From contig OZ243938.1 in NCBI GenBank assembly GCA_965214095.1, positions 2,272,001-2,336,000 on the forward strand: a DNA stretch of 64,000 nucleotides. The letters are read 5' to 3'. This stretch comes from Candidatus Poribacteria bacterium. Lineage in GTDB: Bacteria; Poribacteria; WGA-4E; WGA-3G. The translations under genes and the position numbers were made by a program. The notes below the pieces were generated by a model. The model saw nothing but the letters and a program-made list of their open reading frames with translations. It did no database searches and had not been told where the DNA came from. Positions 10,625 through 19,431 of the stretch are shown piece by piece (within the stretch, counting starts at the first letter, position 1; every line of letters starts with the position of its first letter).

Positions 10625-10927
10625 CTTATTTTACCTCAAAGTCTATCTTTTCTAATTATATAATAATGTTACCACAAAGTTAAGACTTAAGCAAACCTGT
10701 TTTACAACACGCATTGGTGTGATATAAGCGAGTTTCGCTAAATATTGATAAATCATACAAAAATTAACATTAAAAACCCTATTTATGTAGATAAATACTA
10801 TATTGAAGCAACCTGAATAGTAACCAAATTTGCTAAACATCGTTATTAGTAGTAAGCAAATGGGATTCCTGCGTTATTTAGCGTGGAAAACTATAATGTT
10901 AAGTTGTTTTGAAGTGAATTAACTAAC

Positions 10928-11340
10928 AATCCCACTGCTTTCGCTGTGGGTCTAACCACATAAACTCGTACGGGAGTATTTTAAGTCATTTGAGAAAAGC
11001 AAGGCTCTATAGTGTAAGTCGAACCGAAGTCCACACTACGCAGATAGTCAACTGGCACCGTATCTATGGGAAGTGTGCAGATAGTAAAACTTGGCGGATC
11101 CCCAGAGGGACAAGTTGCGGTAGACATCATCGCCCGAGACGCTATCTTATCAAAGAGATTTAAGATGCGACGTGCGAATCACTCTTTAACCTCGCGGTAG
11201 GGTATACCGAGAGACTAAACGCCTGTGGAGTCCAAGTTAGACCTCATGCAGTTCAGGAAGGAGGCACGAGAGATGGAAGCAGGAATCACGCTGGTTGTGT
11301 GTTAAAGAGGGAAACGACTTTAGTCGTCGTGAGTATCACA
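10928..11340 (+). mobile_element. ORF-less IS200/IS605-derived element carrying group II intron-like RNA segments
   Basis: LE-like hairpin CCCACTGCTTTCGCTGTGGG (10931-10950); intron DI-like block 11010-11137; omegaRNA-like block 11194-11290; RE-like hairpin ACGACTTTAGTCGT followed by GAGTATCAC(A). Boundaries approximate. Confidence 0.6.
11010..11190 (+). ncRNA. Group IIB (chloroplast-like class) intron domain-I-like RNA fragment plus a GUGCG 5'-end-like motif
   Basis: GTAAGTCGAA...CGCAGATAGTCAACTGGC...GGCGGATCCCCAG...GGTAGACATCATCGCCCGA resembles, from recall, DI of cyanobacterial-type IIB introns. GTGCGAATCACTCTTTAAC at 11172-11190. No clear DV/DVI. Confidence 0.5.
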
Positions 11341-11360
11341 CATCCAGTTGTACCTTGACA
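11194..11360 (+). ncRNA. TnpB omegaRNA (reRNA)-like scaffold plus putative guide
   Basis: GCGGTAGGGTATACCG...AACGCCTGTGGAG...TAGACC...GGCAC...GAAGCAGGAATC is the typical tnpB 3'-end/RE pattern. The guide would be ~11341-11360. Confidence 0.65.
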
Positions 11361-11383
11361 ATGTTGGGGAAATATAGTATCCT
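11355..11383 (+). promoter_or_regulatory. Sigma-70-type promoter of hup
   Basis: TTGACA-17 bp-TATCCT. Confidence 0.6.
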
Positions 11384-11571
11384 ATAGATAGAAACTATTT
11401 TATTTCAAGAAGAACTTAAGACATTCTATATAATTTTGTTGCAAGTTGGGTAGTTTCTATCAAATTTAACTTTTCAGTCAGATGCAATGTAATCATCTTA
11501 TGTAAATTCAAAACTTATATGTGATTATTGTTTGACTGTATATATATTCTTTATCAAAAGGAAGTTGAATC

Positions 11572-11856
11572 ATGGCTAAGAAATTGATGAAAGACGACAT
11601 CATCAACAGTGTCGCTGACAAAGCAGAACTTACCAAGAAAGATGCCGCCGCTGCTGTTGAAGCGTTTACAGCAACTGTTCAAGACGCTTTGGAGAAAGGC
11701 AATTCAATTGGACTCATTGGTTTTGGTACGTTTGAAGTCAGAACCCGTGCTGCTAGAGAAGGTCGCAATCCGCAAACCGGTGCACCTCTCAAAATACCTA
11801 AGAAAAAGGTTCCGGCATTCAAAGCTGGTAAGAAACTTAAAGACGCTGTCTCCTAA
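11572..11856 (+). CDS. hup: DNA-binding protein HU
   Basis: [21 protein letters not shown]...[14 protein letters not shown]. Confidence 0.97.
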   Translation: MAKKLMKDDIINSVADKAELTKKDAAAAVEAFTATVQDALEKGNSIGLIGFGTFEVRTRAAREGRNPQTGAPLKIPKKKVPAFKAGKKLKDAVS

Positions 11857-11880
11857 ATGAAGTCGTTTGACTTATTTTTG

Positions 11881-11923
11881 AAAGGTCGTGGAATATCATT
11901 TATTTCCACGACTTTTCTTTTTT
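11881..11923 (+). terminator. Rho-independent terminator of hup
   Basis: GTCGTGGAA...TTCCACGAC stem followed by TTTTCTTTTTT. Confidence 0.85.
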
Positions 11924-12175
11924 AACGATCCATCCTATCAAATAAATTACAATCAAGACTTCGCAATGACAGTAGGTGTGCTTTGTAACGGCGCATACCA
12001 TTTGTGTGTAAGTGCTGATTGATTTACCAATATTCTCCAGAAAATTGATTGAAAATACTCGGATACTATGCTATCATGATAAGCGATATACAACTCCAAA
12101 TTAAATGTCTGTTTATTCAAGAATATATTGGAGTTGTCAGAGCAATGGAAAAGAGTATATTTCAGGAGAACTGTG

Positions 12176-13228
12176 ATGTTAATCAGAGCAAGAGCACCTG
12201 TCCGTATTGATTTTTCAGGTGGTTGGAGTGATGTTGCCCTTTTCACTGAGGAAACTAAAGGACTTGTTGTCAACGGAGCAATCAATAGATACGCTTATGC
12301 AACTCTTGTATGTGGTAGTCAAACAACTTTCGCCGAATCTGTTGAACTTCAACGTATTCTAGGGAAAAAGATTCGTATCTATTCCGCAGATTTTGATACA
12401 TTCGTTGGAGCTGAAGATGTACGGCAACTTGAATATGATGGTAATATTGATCTCGTGAAAGCAGCTGTTCGTCAGATGTCAATCCAAATTGGGAGTTTTG
12501 ATCTGATTACACAGTCCAACGCTCCACCGGGAAGTGGACTTGGAACTTCGGCAGCGATGGGAGTAGCTCTTATAGGAGTACTCGGTGCGATTAAAGATGT
12601 GACATATCTCCCATACCAGTATGCTGAACTTGCCAGCAGAATTGAACGACATGAATTGGATATCCTTGGTGGTAAACAGGACCATTATGCTAGTGCTATC
12701 GGCGGAATAAGTTTTATGGAATTTCAAGGGGAAGAAGTAAAGACATCTCCATTAAAACTACCTGCACATATTCGATATGAACTTGAAAAAAACCTTGTGC
12801 TATGTTACACCGGACAATCACGTCTCTCAGGGAATATACATCAGAACGTTACACAAGCATATAAAAGTGGTGAAGTGGGTGTTAGGAAAGCATTAGAAAA
12901 TCTAAAAACTATTGCAGAATCCACAAAAGCAGCTCTTATACGTGGACGTTTTGCAGATTTCGGTGAACTCTTAACAGAAAATTGGACAAATCAGAAAAAA
13001 CTGCATACCTCTGTAACAAACGAACAGATTGATAAACTCTTTAAAATTGCAAAAAAACACGGTGCAATTGGCGGTAAAGCGTGTGGTGCTGGCGGTGGTG
13101 GCTGTCTACTATTCTACTGTCAACCGACACGTGAGCATAACGTCCGACAGAAACTTGAAGAGGCAGGCACAAGAATTATTGATTTCAACTTTGATGCCGA
13201 CGGTCTCCAACTGTGGCGAGTTGAATAA
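12176..13228 (+). CDS. GHMP sugar kinase (HddA/D-glycero-D-manno-heptose-7-P kinase-like)
   Basis: RAPVRIDFSGGWSD, PPGSGLGTS, GGKQDHY, GAGGGG. Start moved to ATG 12176 (AGGAG RBS). Confidence 0.85.
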   Translation: MLIRARAPVRIDFSGGWSDVALFTEETKGLVVNGAINRYAYATLVCGSQTTFAESVELQRILGKKIRIYSADFDTFVGAEDVRQLEYDGNIDLVKAAVRQMSIQIGSFDLITQSNAPPGSGLGTSAAMGVALIGVLGAIKDVTYLPYQYAELASRIERHELDILGGKQDHYASAIGGISFMEFQGEEVKTSPLKLPAHIRYELEKNLVLCYTGQSRLSGNIHQNVTQAYKSGEVGVRKALENLKTIAESTKAALIRGRFADFGELLTENWTNQKKLHTSVTNEQIDKLFKIAKKHGAIGGKACGAGGGGCLLFYCQPTREHNVRQKLEEAGTRIIDFNFDADGLQLWRVE

Positions 13229-13343
13229 GTGAACTGAAATAGCAGACATCGCAACCCGCAGATTATTCAGCACAACATGTGCCTCTATTACAATATTGTA
13301 AGCAATCTGATTGATCCTGTATACTACTATGGAAGGAATATTA

Positions 13344-14357
13344 ATGGAAACTACCCAAATAGAAACAGATTTAGAAGCCGCCGAGTTCTTAAAAACTGCT
13401 CGTGGAAACATATTGACTGAACTGAAAAAACGGATTATCGGACAAAGCGATGTGATTGATCAACTGCTTATCGCTCTATTTTCACAAGGACACTGTCTCC
13501 TTGTAGGTGTGCCGGGTTTGGCGAAAACGCTGCTTATCAGCACATTTGCTAAAATACTAAAACTTCCCTTTAACCGCATCCAATTTACACCGGACCTTAT
13601 GCCAACAGATATCATTGGCACAGATATAATTGAGGAAGAAATAAATACCGGGAAACGTGCATTCCGGTTTATCAAGGGACCTGTTTTTGCAAATATTGTG
13701 CTTGCAGATGAGATTAACCGAACTCCACCAAAAACACAGGCAGCCCTCTTACAAGCGATGCAAGAGTATAAGGTGACTGCGGGAGGTAATACTTATGATT
13801 TGGAACTTCCTTTCTTTGTGTTAGCCACACAAAATCCTATAGAACAGGAAGGCACATATCCATTGCCTGAAGCACAACTTGACCGCTTTATGTTCAATAT
13901 CTACATTGATTATCCAAAGAAATCTGAGGAAAAAGAAATTGTTCTAACAACTACCTCCGCGTATGAACCGGAGATAGGGGCGGTAATTTCGGGTGAGGAA
14001 GTGCTTAGATTACAACAGATTGTACGGAAGGTTCCTATTGCTGAGGCGATGGTAGATTATGCCGTTGAACTTAGCCTAAATACGCGTCCATCACATCCAG
14101 ATGCACCTGATTTTATCAAGGATTGGGTCAATTGGGGCGCGGGACCACGTGCATCGCAATATCTTGTCTTAGGTGCAAAAGCACGGGCTATTATGCACGG
14201 ACGCTATCATGTCAGTTATGAAGATATCAAAGCAGTCGCAAAACCTGTCTTACGCCACAGAATATTGACAAATTTCAATGCTGAAGCAGACGGTATTACC
14301 AGTCTTGATATTATTGAAAAGTTGTTAGAAGAGGTCCAACCACAAGAAGATAATTGA
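13344..14357 (+). CDS. moxR: MoxR-family AAA+ ATPase
   Basis: GVPGLAKT, RIQFTPDLMP, DEINR, ATQNPIEQEGTYPLPEAQLDRF. Confidence 0.93.
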   Translation: METTQIETDLEAAEFLKTARGNILTELKKRIIGQSDVIDQLLIALFSQGHCLLVGVPGLAKTLLISTFAKILKLPFNRIQFTPDLMPTDIIGTDIIEEEINTGKRAFRFIKGPVFANIVLADEINRTPPKTQAALLQAMQEYKVTAGGNTYDLELPFFVLATQNPIEQEGTYPLPEAQLDRFMFNIYIDYPKKSEEKEIVLTTTSAYEPEIGAVISGEEVLRLQQIVRKVPIAEAMVDYAVELSLNTRPSHPDAPDFIKDWVNWGAGPRASQYLVLGAKARAIMHGRYHVSYEDIKAVAKPVLRHRILTNFNAEADGITSLDIIEKLLEEVQPQEDN

Positions 14358-14466
14358 GTTATTACCTCCCATACATATACCTTCTATCATTGTAGCGCGG
14401 GTCTGTGTGTCCCATACTGCAAAGTGTTAGATGTGATTTTAACTATAAGAGGCGTAATCCACGAAG

Positions 14467-14703
14467 ATGAACAAAAAAGATACCCACACTCCTCAAAGCC
14501 TAAGTCTTATGAAAATGGACAAGTCTGCATTTTCGGTTACAACGCTTTCTGATAAAACTAACGACAAGGAATACTGGTTGTCGAAAACGCCTCAGGAACG
14601 TTGGCAGGCACTTGAAATTATGCGACAGATAAATTATGGCTACGATCCAACTACCGTCAGACTTCAAAGAGTTCTTGAAATTGTTGAACGCACATCAGAT
14701 TGA
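14467..14703 (+). CDS. Small protein, putative antitoxin partner of the downstream nucleotidyltransferase
   Basis: 78 aa, YWLSKTPQERWQALE motif, overlaps the next gene. Confidence 0.6.
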   Translation: MNKKDTHTPQSLSLMKMDKSAFSVTTLSDKTNDKEYWLSKTPQERWQALEIMRQINYGYDPTTVRLQRVLEIVERTSD

Positions 14704-15082
14704 ATACCTTCTCGTTGGAGGATACGCTGTTAGCTTTCACGGATATCCACGTACAACATTGGATATGGATATATGGATAGCGATACAGCGTGAAAATGCC
14801 GTGAAAATGGTTGATGCCTTGAGAGAATTTGGTTTTGAGAGTGCTCAATTAACTGTCGATCTCTTTTTAAAGCGAGATCAAATTATACGAATGGGAAATC
14901 CTCCAGTCAGAATAGAAATAATGACTACGATTTCTGGTGTCAACTTTGATGAATGTTATTCGGAACGGATTACAGAAGTGATTGATGGAGTTAAGGTTGA
15001 AATTATAAACTTGGAGCATTTGAAATTAAACAAACAAGCGGCTGGACGATATAAAGATTTGGATGATTTAGAAAATCTATGA
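14636..15082 (+). CDS. Minimal nucleotidyltransferase (DUF6036-like)
   Basis: YLLVGGYAVSFHGYPRTTLDMDIW (GG...DxD) and NKQAAGRYKDLDD. Confidence 0.8.
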   Translation: MATIQLPSDFKEFLKLLNAHQIEYLLVGGYAVSFHGYPRTTLDMDIWIAIQRENAVKMVDALREFGFESAQLTVDLFLKRDQIIRMGNPPVRIEIMTTISGVNFDECYSERITEVIDGVKVEIINLEHLKLNKQAAGRYKDLDDLENL

Positions 15083-15218
15083 GTTATTATTTTTGACATA
15101 ATTTTTGTCTATCAAAGTTGACGCAACTTTGATAGGGACAAATAGGAATAAAACATTGGAAGATAGAGAAGTTATCGTGAATCTATGGTATGTGATTGAT
15201 GAAGAAGGATAAATTTAT

Positions 15219-16562
15219 TTAATTCCCTTCATAAGCATCCAGTTTGCGGTATAAAGTTCTTACGCCAATGCCAAGTATTTTCGCAGCCTCAGTTTTATTG
15301 TCACCTGTTTCTTTGAGCGTCTTATAGATCGCAGCCTTTTCAATATCTGCCATCTTCATACCAACCCTACCTATGATTTTGTCCTCATCAAGTACAGGCA
15401 AATGCTCTACCGGTTTAGATGAAACTTCCTGCTGTTCTACCGATGTAACGATTGATGTAACCTCATCTTGTGTTAGATTTTCCAAGCCTTCTTGACTTGC
15501 TAAAAGAACATCATAGGCTTTCCTAAAAATATCGGCTGCATCGTCTGATTCTGCAATGTGTATCCACTCATTATCATCATCGGAAATTGGAATTCGCACT
15601 TGATCATCTATCGGCATAGAGTTTGATTTAAGCAGACGAGATACCAATGCAATCAGTGCTAAAATTGTTTTGTAAATGGCAACATTTTCTGTTGGAATAG
15701 TGTCAGTATTCTGGTTTACAAGTTGTATAGATGTCCCAGGTTCACCAGTGATTTGAACGGGTAACTTTGTCCGTCCAAATTCTGTATCTAAAGGAAAATC
15801 CTTCAGTTCAAGTTCATCTGATGTTGCTACAATGATGGCGGATTCAACGGCATTTCTGAGTTGGCGTATATTTCCTTGCCAGTCTGCATTTTGAAGATGG
15901 TTGAGCGCGTCCGGTTTTATACCAGTTACCGCTTTATTGTGTTTTTCGCTTAATTCAGATATGAAGGTATCTACAAAAAGCGGGATATCTTCACGCCTGT
16001 CTCGGAGTGGTGGAATCTGAATGTGGAATAGATTGAGCCTGTAGTAGAGGTCTTGTCTAAACTTTTTGTCCTTGACTGATTGTTCAAGATTGACATTTGT
16101 AGCTGCAAAAATTCGGACATTCACATGGACGTTTCTCTCACCACCGAGTCGTGTGAATTCTTGTGTTTCTAAAACACGGAGAAATTTTACCTGTACCTCA
16201 GGGGACATTTCCCCGATTTCATCAAGGAACAGAGTGCCTCCATCTGCAAGTTCAAACACACCACGTCGTTGACTTGTTGCACCCGTAAACGCCCCTTTTT
16301 CATGTCCAAAGAGTTCGCTTTGAAGTAGGTCTTGATAGAATACCCCGCAATTCACTGCTTTGAAGAGGCGATCTTTTCGTCTACTATTTTCGTGGATAAT
16401 CTGTGCGACTACCTCTTTTCCAACCCCTGTCTCTCCAGTGATAAGTACGGTGGCATCTGTTGGCGCGACTTGTGTGACTTGGTGCCAAACTTTTTGCATC
16501 GGTTCGGATTTACCGATGACAAGATGTGTATTGGGAATGGAAAGGGTTGGTGGCAGGTTCAT
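15219..16562 (-). CDS. Sigma-54-dependent enhancer-binding protein (AAA+ plus Fis HTH) lacking an N-terminal sensor domain
   Basis: GETGVGKE, SELFGHEKGAFTGA, FLDEIGE, FRQDLYYRL, NKTEAAKILGIGVRTLYRKL. Confidence 0.92.
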   Translation of the reverse strand: MNLPPTLSIPNTHLVIGKSEPMQKVWHQVTQVAPTDATVLITGETGVGKEVVAQIIHENSRRKDRLFKAVNCGVFYQDLLQSELFGHEKGAFTGATSQRRGVFELADGGTLFLDEIGEMSPEVQVKFLRVLETQEFTRLGGERNVHVNVRIFAATNVNLEQSVKDKKFRQDLYYRLNLFHIQIPPLRDRREDIPLFVDTFISELSEKHNKAVTGIKPDALNHLQNADWQGNIRQLRNAVESAIIVATSDELELKDFPLDTEFGRTKLPVQITGEPGTSIQLVNQNTDTIPTENVAIYKTILALIALVSRLLKSNSMPIDDQVRIPISDDDNEWIHIAESDDAADIFRKAYDVLLASQEGLENLTQDEVTSIVTSVEQQEVSSKPVEHLPVLDEDKIIGRVGMKMADIEKAAIYKTLKETGDNKTEAAKILGIGVRTLYRKLDAYEGN

Positions 16563-16605
16563 TTCGATCCTTATGAAATCCTTGATGTATGTTCACCCAA
16601 CTATT

Positions 16606-17310
16606 TCATTGGATAATGTCGAGGATCAGTTGTGGGTCATTCTTAATATCTTCAAATACTTGAATACCATTGTTATATATCTTCTTACACAACCTTTTGA
16701 ACACAAGTCCTTTCATATCATTATAAGTGGTGTGCAATTGCTTCCTTAAAATTTCTCCTGCCAATATACAATGGTAATTTGGAAGCTCAAGTTCAATGAT
16801 CATTTTCCTGTCAGTCTTGCCCAGAAGGAAAATCTGAGTAACCAAATCCGTACCCTGAATAGGAAGTTGCAATGCTTTAACGTATTTTCCACCTAACAAA
16901 AAGAAAACAAGATCATAATTTTTGACTAATTTTTTTATATTCGCATTAAGTTTCTCTCTGCCGCTGCCGCATAAAATATCACTTTCACCGTTAGGAACAT
17001 TGTAAGGAACTATATCCTTACGTTCATTGATTAGTCCAAATCCTGTTGAAATAATGTGTAAATCAATAGTTGTTTTCCCGGATTGATTATGTTCTCTGAC
17101 ACTTCTTAATCCATCCATCAACAATATATGACCGCGACCTTTATACATATCTGCAGCAGGTGCTTTGTAATCACTGAGTTCTTTTATTCGCATAGGTAGA
17201 TGATTGGGATCGGAAGATTGAAAATCTGTAGGTTTAAGTTGGTTGGGAAGTCTCCTATATTTCTGCGTAGCCGTGCATGGACTAATTATCAATATCTTCA
17301 TTAGTTTCAT
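16606..17310 (-). CDS. Hypothetical protein, YaaA/DUF6884-like
   Basis: ILIISPCTATQK...PAADMYKG...HIISTGFGLI...IVPYN pattern. Confidence 0.55.
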   Translation of the reverse strand: MKLMKILIISPCTATQKYRRLPNQLKPTDFQSSDPNHLPMRIKELSDYKAPAADMYKGRGHILLMDGLRSVREHNQSGKTTIDLHIISTGFGLINERKDIVPYNVPNGESDILCGSGREKLNANIKKLVKNYDLVFFLLGGKYVKALQLPIQGTDLVTQIFLLGKTDRKMIIELELPNYHCILAGEILRKQLHTTYNDMKGLVFKRLCKKIYNNGIQVFEDIKNDPQLILDIIQ

Positions 17311-17315
17311 CTGCT

Positions 17316-18059
17316 TTACTGTTTCTGCACAATCTCAATCAACCGCTGCGGATCATTCTTCACTTCCTCAAATACGTGAAAGCCATCACGACACGCAGCC
17401 TCACACAACCGTCGAATCACAACACCCTTCAATGCATAATTTGAGGTGCGTAGACCTTTCTGCAAATCTCTCCCTGTCTCAACAACATGGACATTCGGCA
17501 AATCTTCATTGACCGCCTTTCTCTGACTTTTAGGCAATAGGAAAACTAACGGGACCGAACGTTCCACTTCAAAAACGCGCTGCAATGACTCTATATCGTC
17601 CGGTCTCAATAACGAAAAAACAAGATCATACCTTTCAAGTAATTCCACCGTCCGTTCAGGAACACCACTATCATCAAACTCCATGACATCAAGTTCGTGA
17701 AGTGGAGCAGTGTCAAAGGGAATAACAATGTCCTTTTCGTTCACTGGGTTCTTTTTGCCATCTATACGACAATAATACCACGGAAAATATAGGTCAACGA
17801 TATTCTTTCCATAATGTTCATGTTCTCTAATCAGATTCAAGCCTTCACGTAGTTGAACAAATAGAGGTCCAGTGAACATTTCACCTGCAGATAAGCGGTA
17901 GTCGTTACTTTTGTTATACCATCCCTCAGCATTGAAACCGCACAATTCTTTTATACGTGCCTTCAGTTTGTCGGATGAACTGCAATCTTCAGCACTGAGA
18001 GGATTGTCAAGTTTATGTTTCTGTCCCGTTGTGTAAGAATTAAAAATTAATATTTTCAT
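17316..18059 (-). CDS. Hypothetical protein, divergent paralog of 16606-17310
   Basis: Shares MKILI..., RIKEL, A.xM.xG, KDIV.P, YDLVF, LKG.V.xRLC and G.xVFE.xKNDPQ with its neighbour. Start at ATG 18059 just after the secF stop. Confidence 0.7.
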   Translation of the reverse strand: MKILIFNSYTTGQKHKLDNPLSAEDCSSSDKLKARIKELCGFNAEGWYNKSNDYRLSAGEMFTGPLFVQLREGLNLIREHEHYGKNIVDLYFPWYYCRIDGKKNPVNEKDIVIPFDTAPLHELDVMEFDDSGVPERTVELLERYDLVFSLLRPDDIESLQRVFEVERSVPLVFLLPKSQRKAVNEDLPNVHVVETGRDLQKGLRTSNYALKGVVIRRLCEAACRDGFHVFEEVKNDPQRLIEIVQKQ

Positions 18060-18063
18060 AAAA

Positions 18064-19404
18064 CTATGCTTTGGCACCTTGTTCTTTTTGTTGCCAAATA
18101 TAAAGTATCGGACTGGCAATAAAGACAGATGAATAAGTTCCTATCAAGACGCCAACGATCAAGGCTAATGCAAATGTATTTATCTCCTCTCCCGGACTGG
18201 AAAGGACAAAAATGACAGCAACGACAAACAGGGTTGTTATTGAAGTGATAACGGTTCGACTTAGCGATTGATTGATGCTTCGGTTTAACACGTCAATGTA
18301 TTCAGTGCCGCGTAAAGATGCACCGTTTTCGCGAATTCTGTCAAACACAACAATTGTGTCGTTGAGTGAATATCCAATAATCGTAAGGAATGCCGCGACG
18401 GTAGGAAGATTTATCTCTTTTGAAAAGATAGCAAAGATGCCTAATGTGATAAGTACATCGTGAACGAGTGCAGCAATCGCACCGATGGCAAAACGGAATT
18501 CAAAACGCCACGATATATAGAGCAGTAAAATTGCGATTGATGCCAGAACCGACCAGAGTGCTGCCCATTGTAGATCACGGCCTACACTCGGTCCTACTTC
18601 AATGACATTTACACCCTCTGGGACAGATTTCCAACCGTCTCCCCCTTCAAATAGTGCTTCAGCAAGGATACCTCCAACGCTTGCTTGTATTTGAATAATG
18701 GCATTTTCAGTTAAATCAATACCGATTTCTTCGGCAAGTGCCACTTGCATCACTGTGCCATCAGCAATTAGTTTCACAGAACTAACCTGATTTTGTCTTC
18801 GCTCATCACCATCTACAAACTCTATTATGTCGTTCTCTGATAAAAGATGCACTTTCTCAACTGTGCTGCTGACTTGAATGTTCTTTGCAGTTGCATCTCC
18901 AGGGTCAGACAAAATAGGTATGTTGATGGACTGTTGCTGGAAATCGGGACGATATCCTATTGAGATGAACACCTCGTTTTCTATAGGATATTTTCCCGGT
19001 TCAATCTGAATCTTAGCTTCATAACCTAAGCTGCTCAACTTCGCTTCTAATTCAGTTTCAGTTATAACAGCTTTACCTGTTGGTAGTTCAAGTTTTTTAT
19101 CATAACCTTTGTCGTTTAGTTTTTCTTGCAGTTCAGTCTCAGTTATAACCGTTTCGCCAGATGCCATATTAATCACATTCGTATCAAGACCTAATTCGGT
19201 CAGTTTTGCTTGTAACTCAGTTTCTGTTAACGGTCTACTGATTTTTGCATGAACTTTGACCCCGCCACGGAAGTCAATTCCGAAATTCGGACCGCCTTGG
19301 ACAAAAAGAAAAACAATACCGATACTGATTAGGACAGCAGAAAACAAAAATCCGGTACGATGTCTATTAATAAAATCAAATTTTGTATCTCTTAGGAATT
19401 GCAA
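18064..19404 (-). CDS. secF: Protein translocase subunit SecF
   Basis: GIDFRGG, VGPSVG, GYSLNDTIVVFDRIRE, GTYSSVFIASP. Confidence 0.96.
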   Translation of the reverse strand: MQFLRDTKFDFINRHRTGFLFSAVLISIGIVFLFVQGGPNFGIDFRGGVKVHAKISRPLTETELQAKLTELGLDTNVINMASGETVITETELQEKLNDKGYDKKLELPTGKAVITETELEAKLSSLGYEAKIQIEPGKYPIENEVFISIGYRPDFQQQSINIPILSDPGDATAKNIQVSSTVEKVHLLSENDIIEFVDGDERRQNQVSSVKLIADGTVMQVALAEEIGIDLTENAIIQIQASVGGILAEALFEGGDGWKSVPEGVNVIEVGPSVGRDLQWAALWSVLASIAILLLYISWRFEFRFAIGAIAALVHDVLITLGIFAIFSKEINLPTVAAFLTIIGYSLNDTIVVFDRIRENGASLRGTEYIDVLNRSINQSLSRTVITSITTLFVVAVIFVLSSPGEEINTFALALIVGVLIGTYSSVFIASPILYIWQQKEQGAKA

Positions 19405-19431
19405 TTTCTAAATCCTTCCATATTCAGTGTT

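Noticed and set aside
10652-10840. 62-aa minus-strand ORF
   Set aside because: AT-rich promoter region of asd with no protein-like features.
10855-10956. Possible group II intron DV/DVI (hairpin, then GTTTTGAAG...GTCTAAC) upstream of the DI-like block
   Set aside because: No AGC/CGC catalytic triad, weak stem, and a competing TGGGATT/AATCCCA pairing; too degenerate to call.
11140-11170. SAM-I riboswitch-like start (TCTTATCAAAGAG)
   Set aside because: Lacks the downstream SAM-I core in the right order and precedes hup, not a sulfur gene.
14391-14422. GTAG-initiated weak palindrome before the NTase module
   Set aside because: Too degenerate to assign to either REP family.
18060-18119. Upstream start of the 267-aa ORF overlapping secF
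   Set aside because: Alignment with its paralog (MKILI...) supports ATG 18059.
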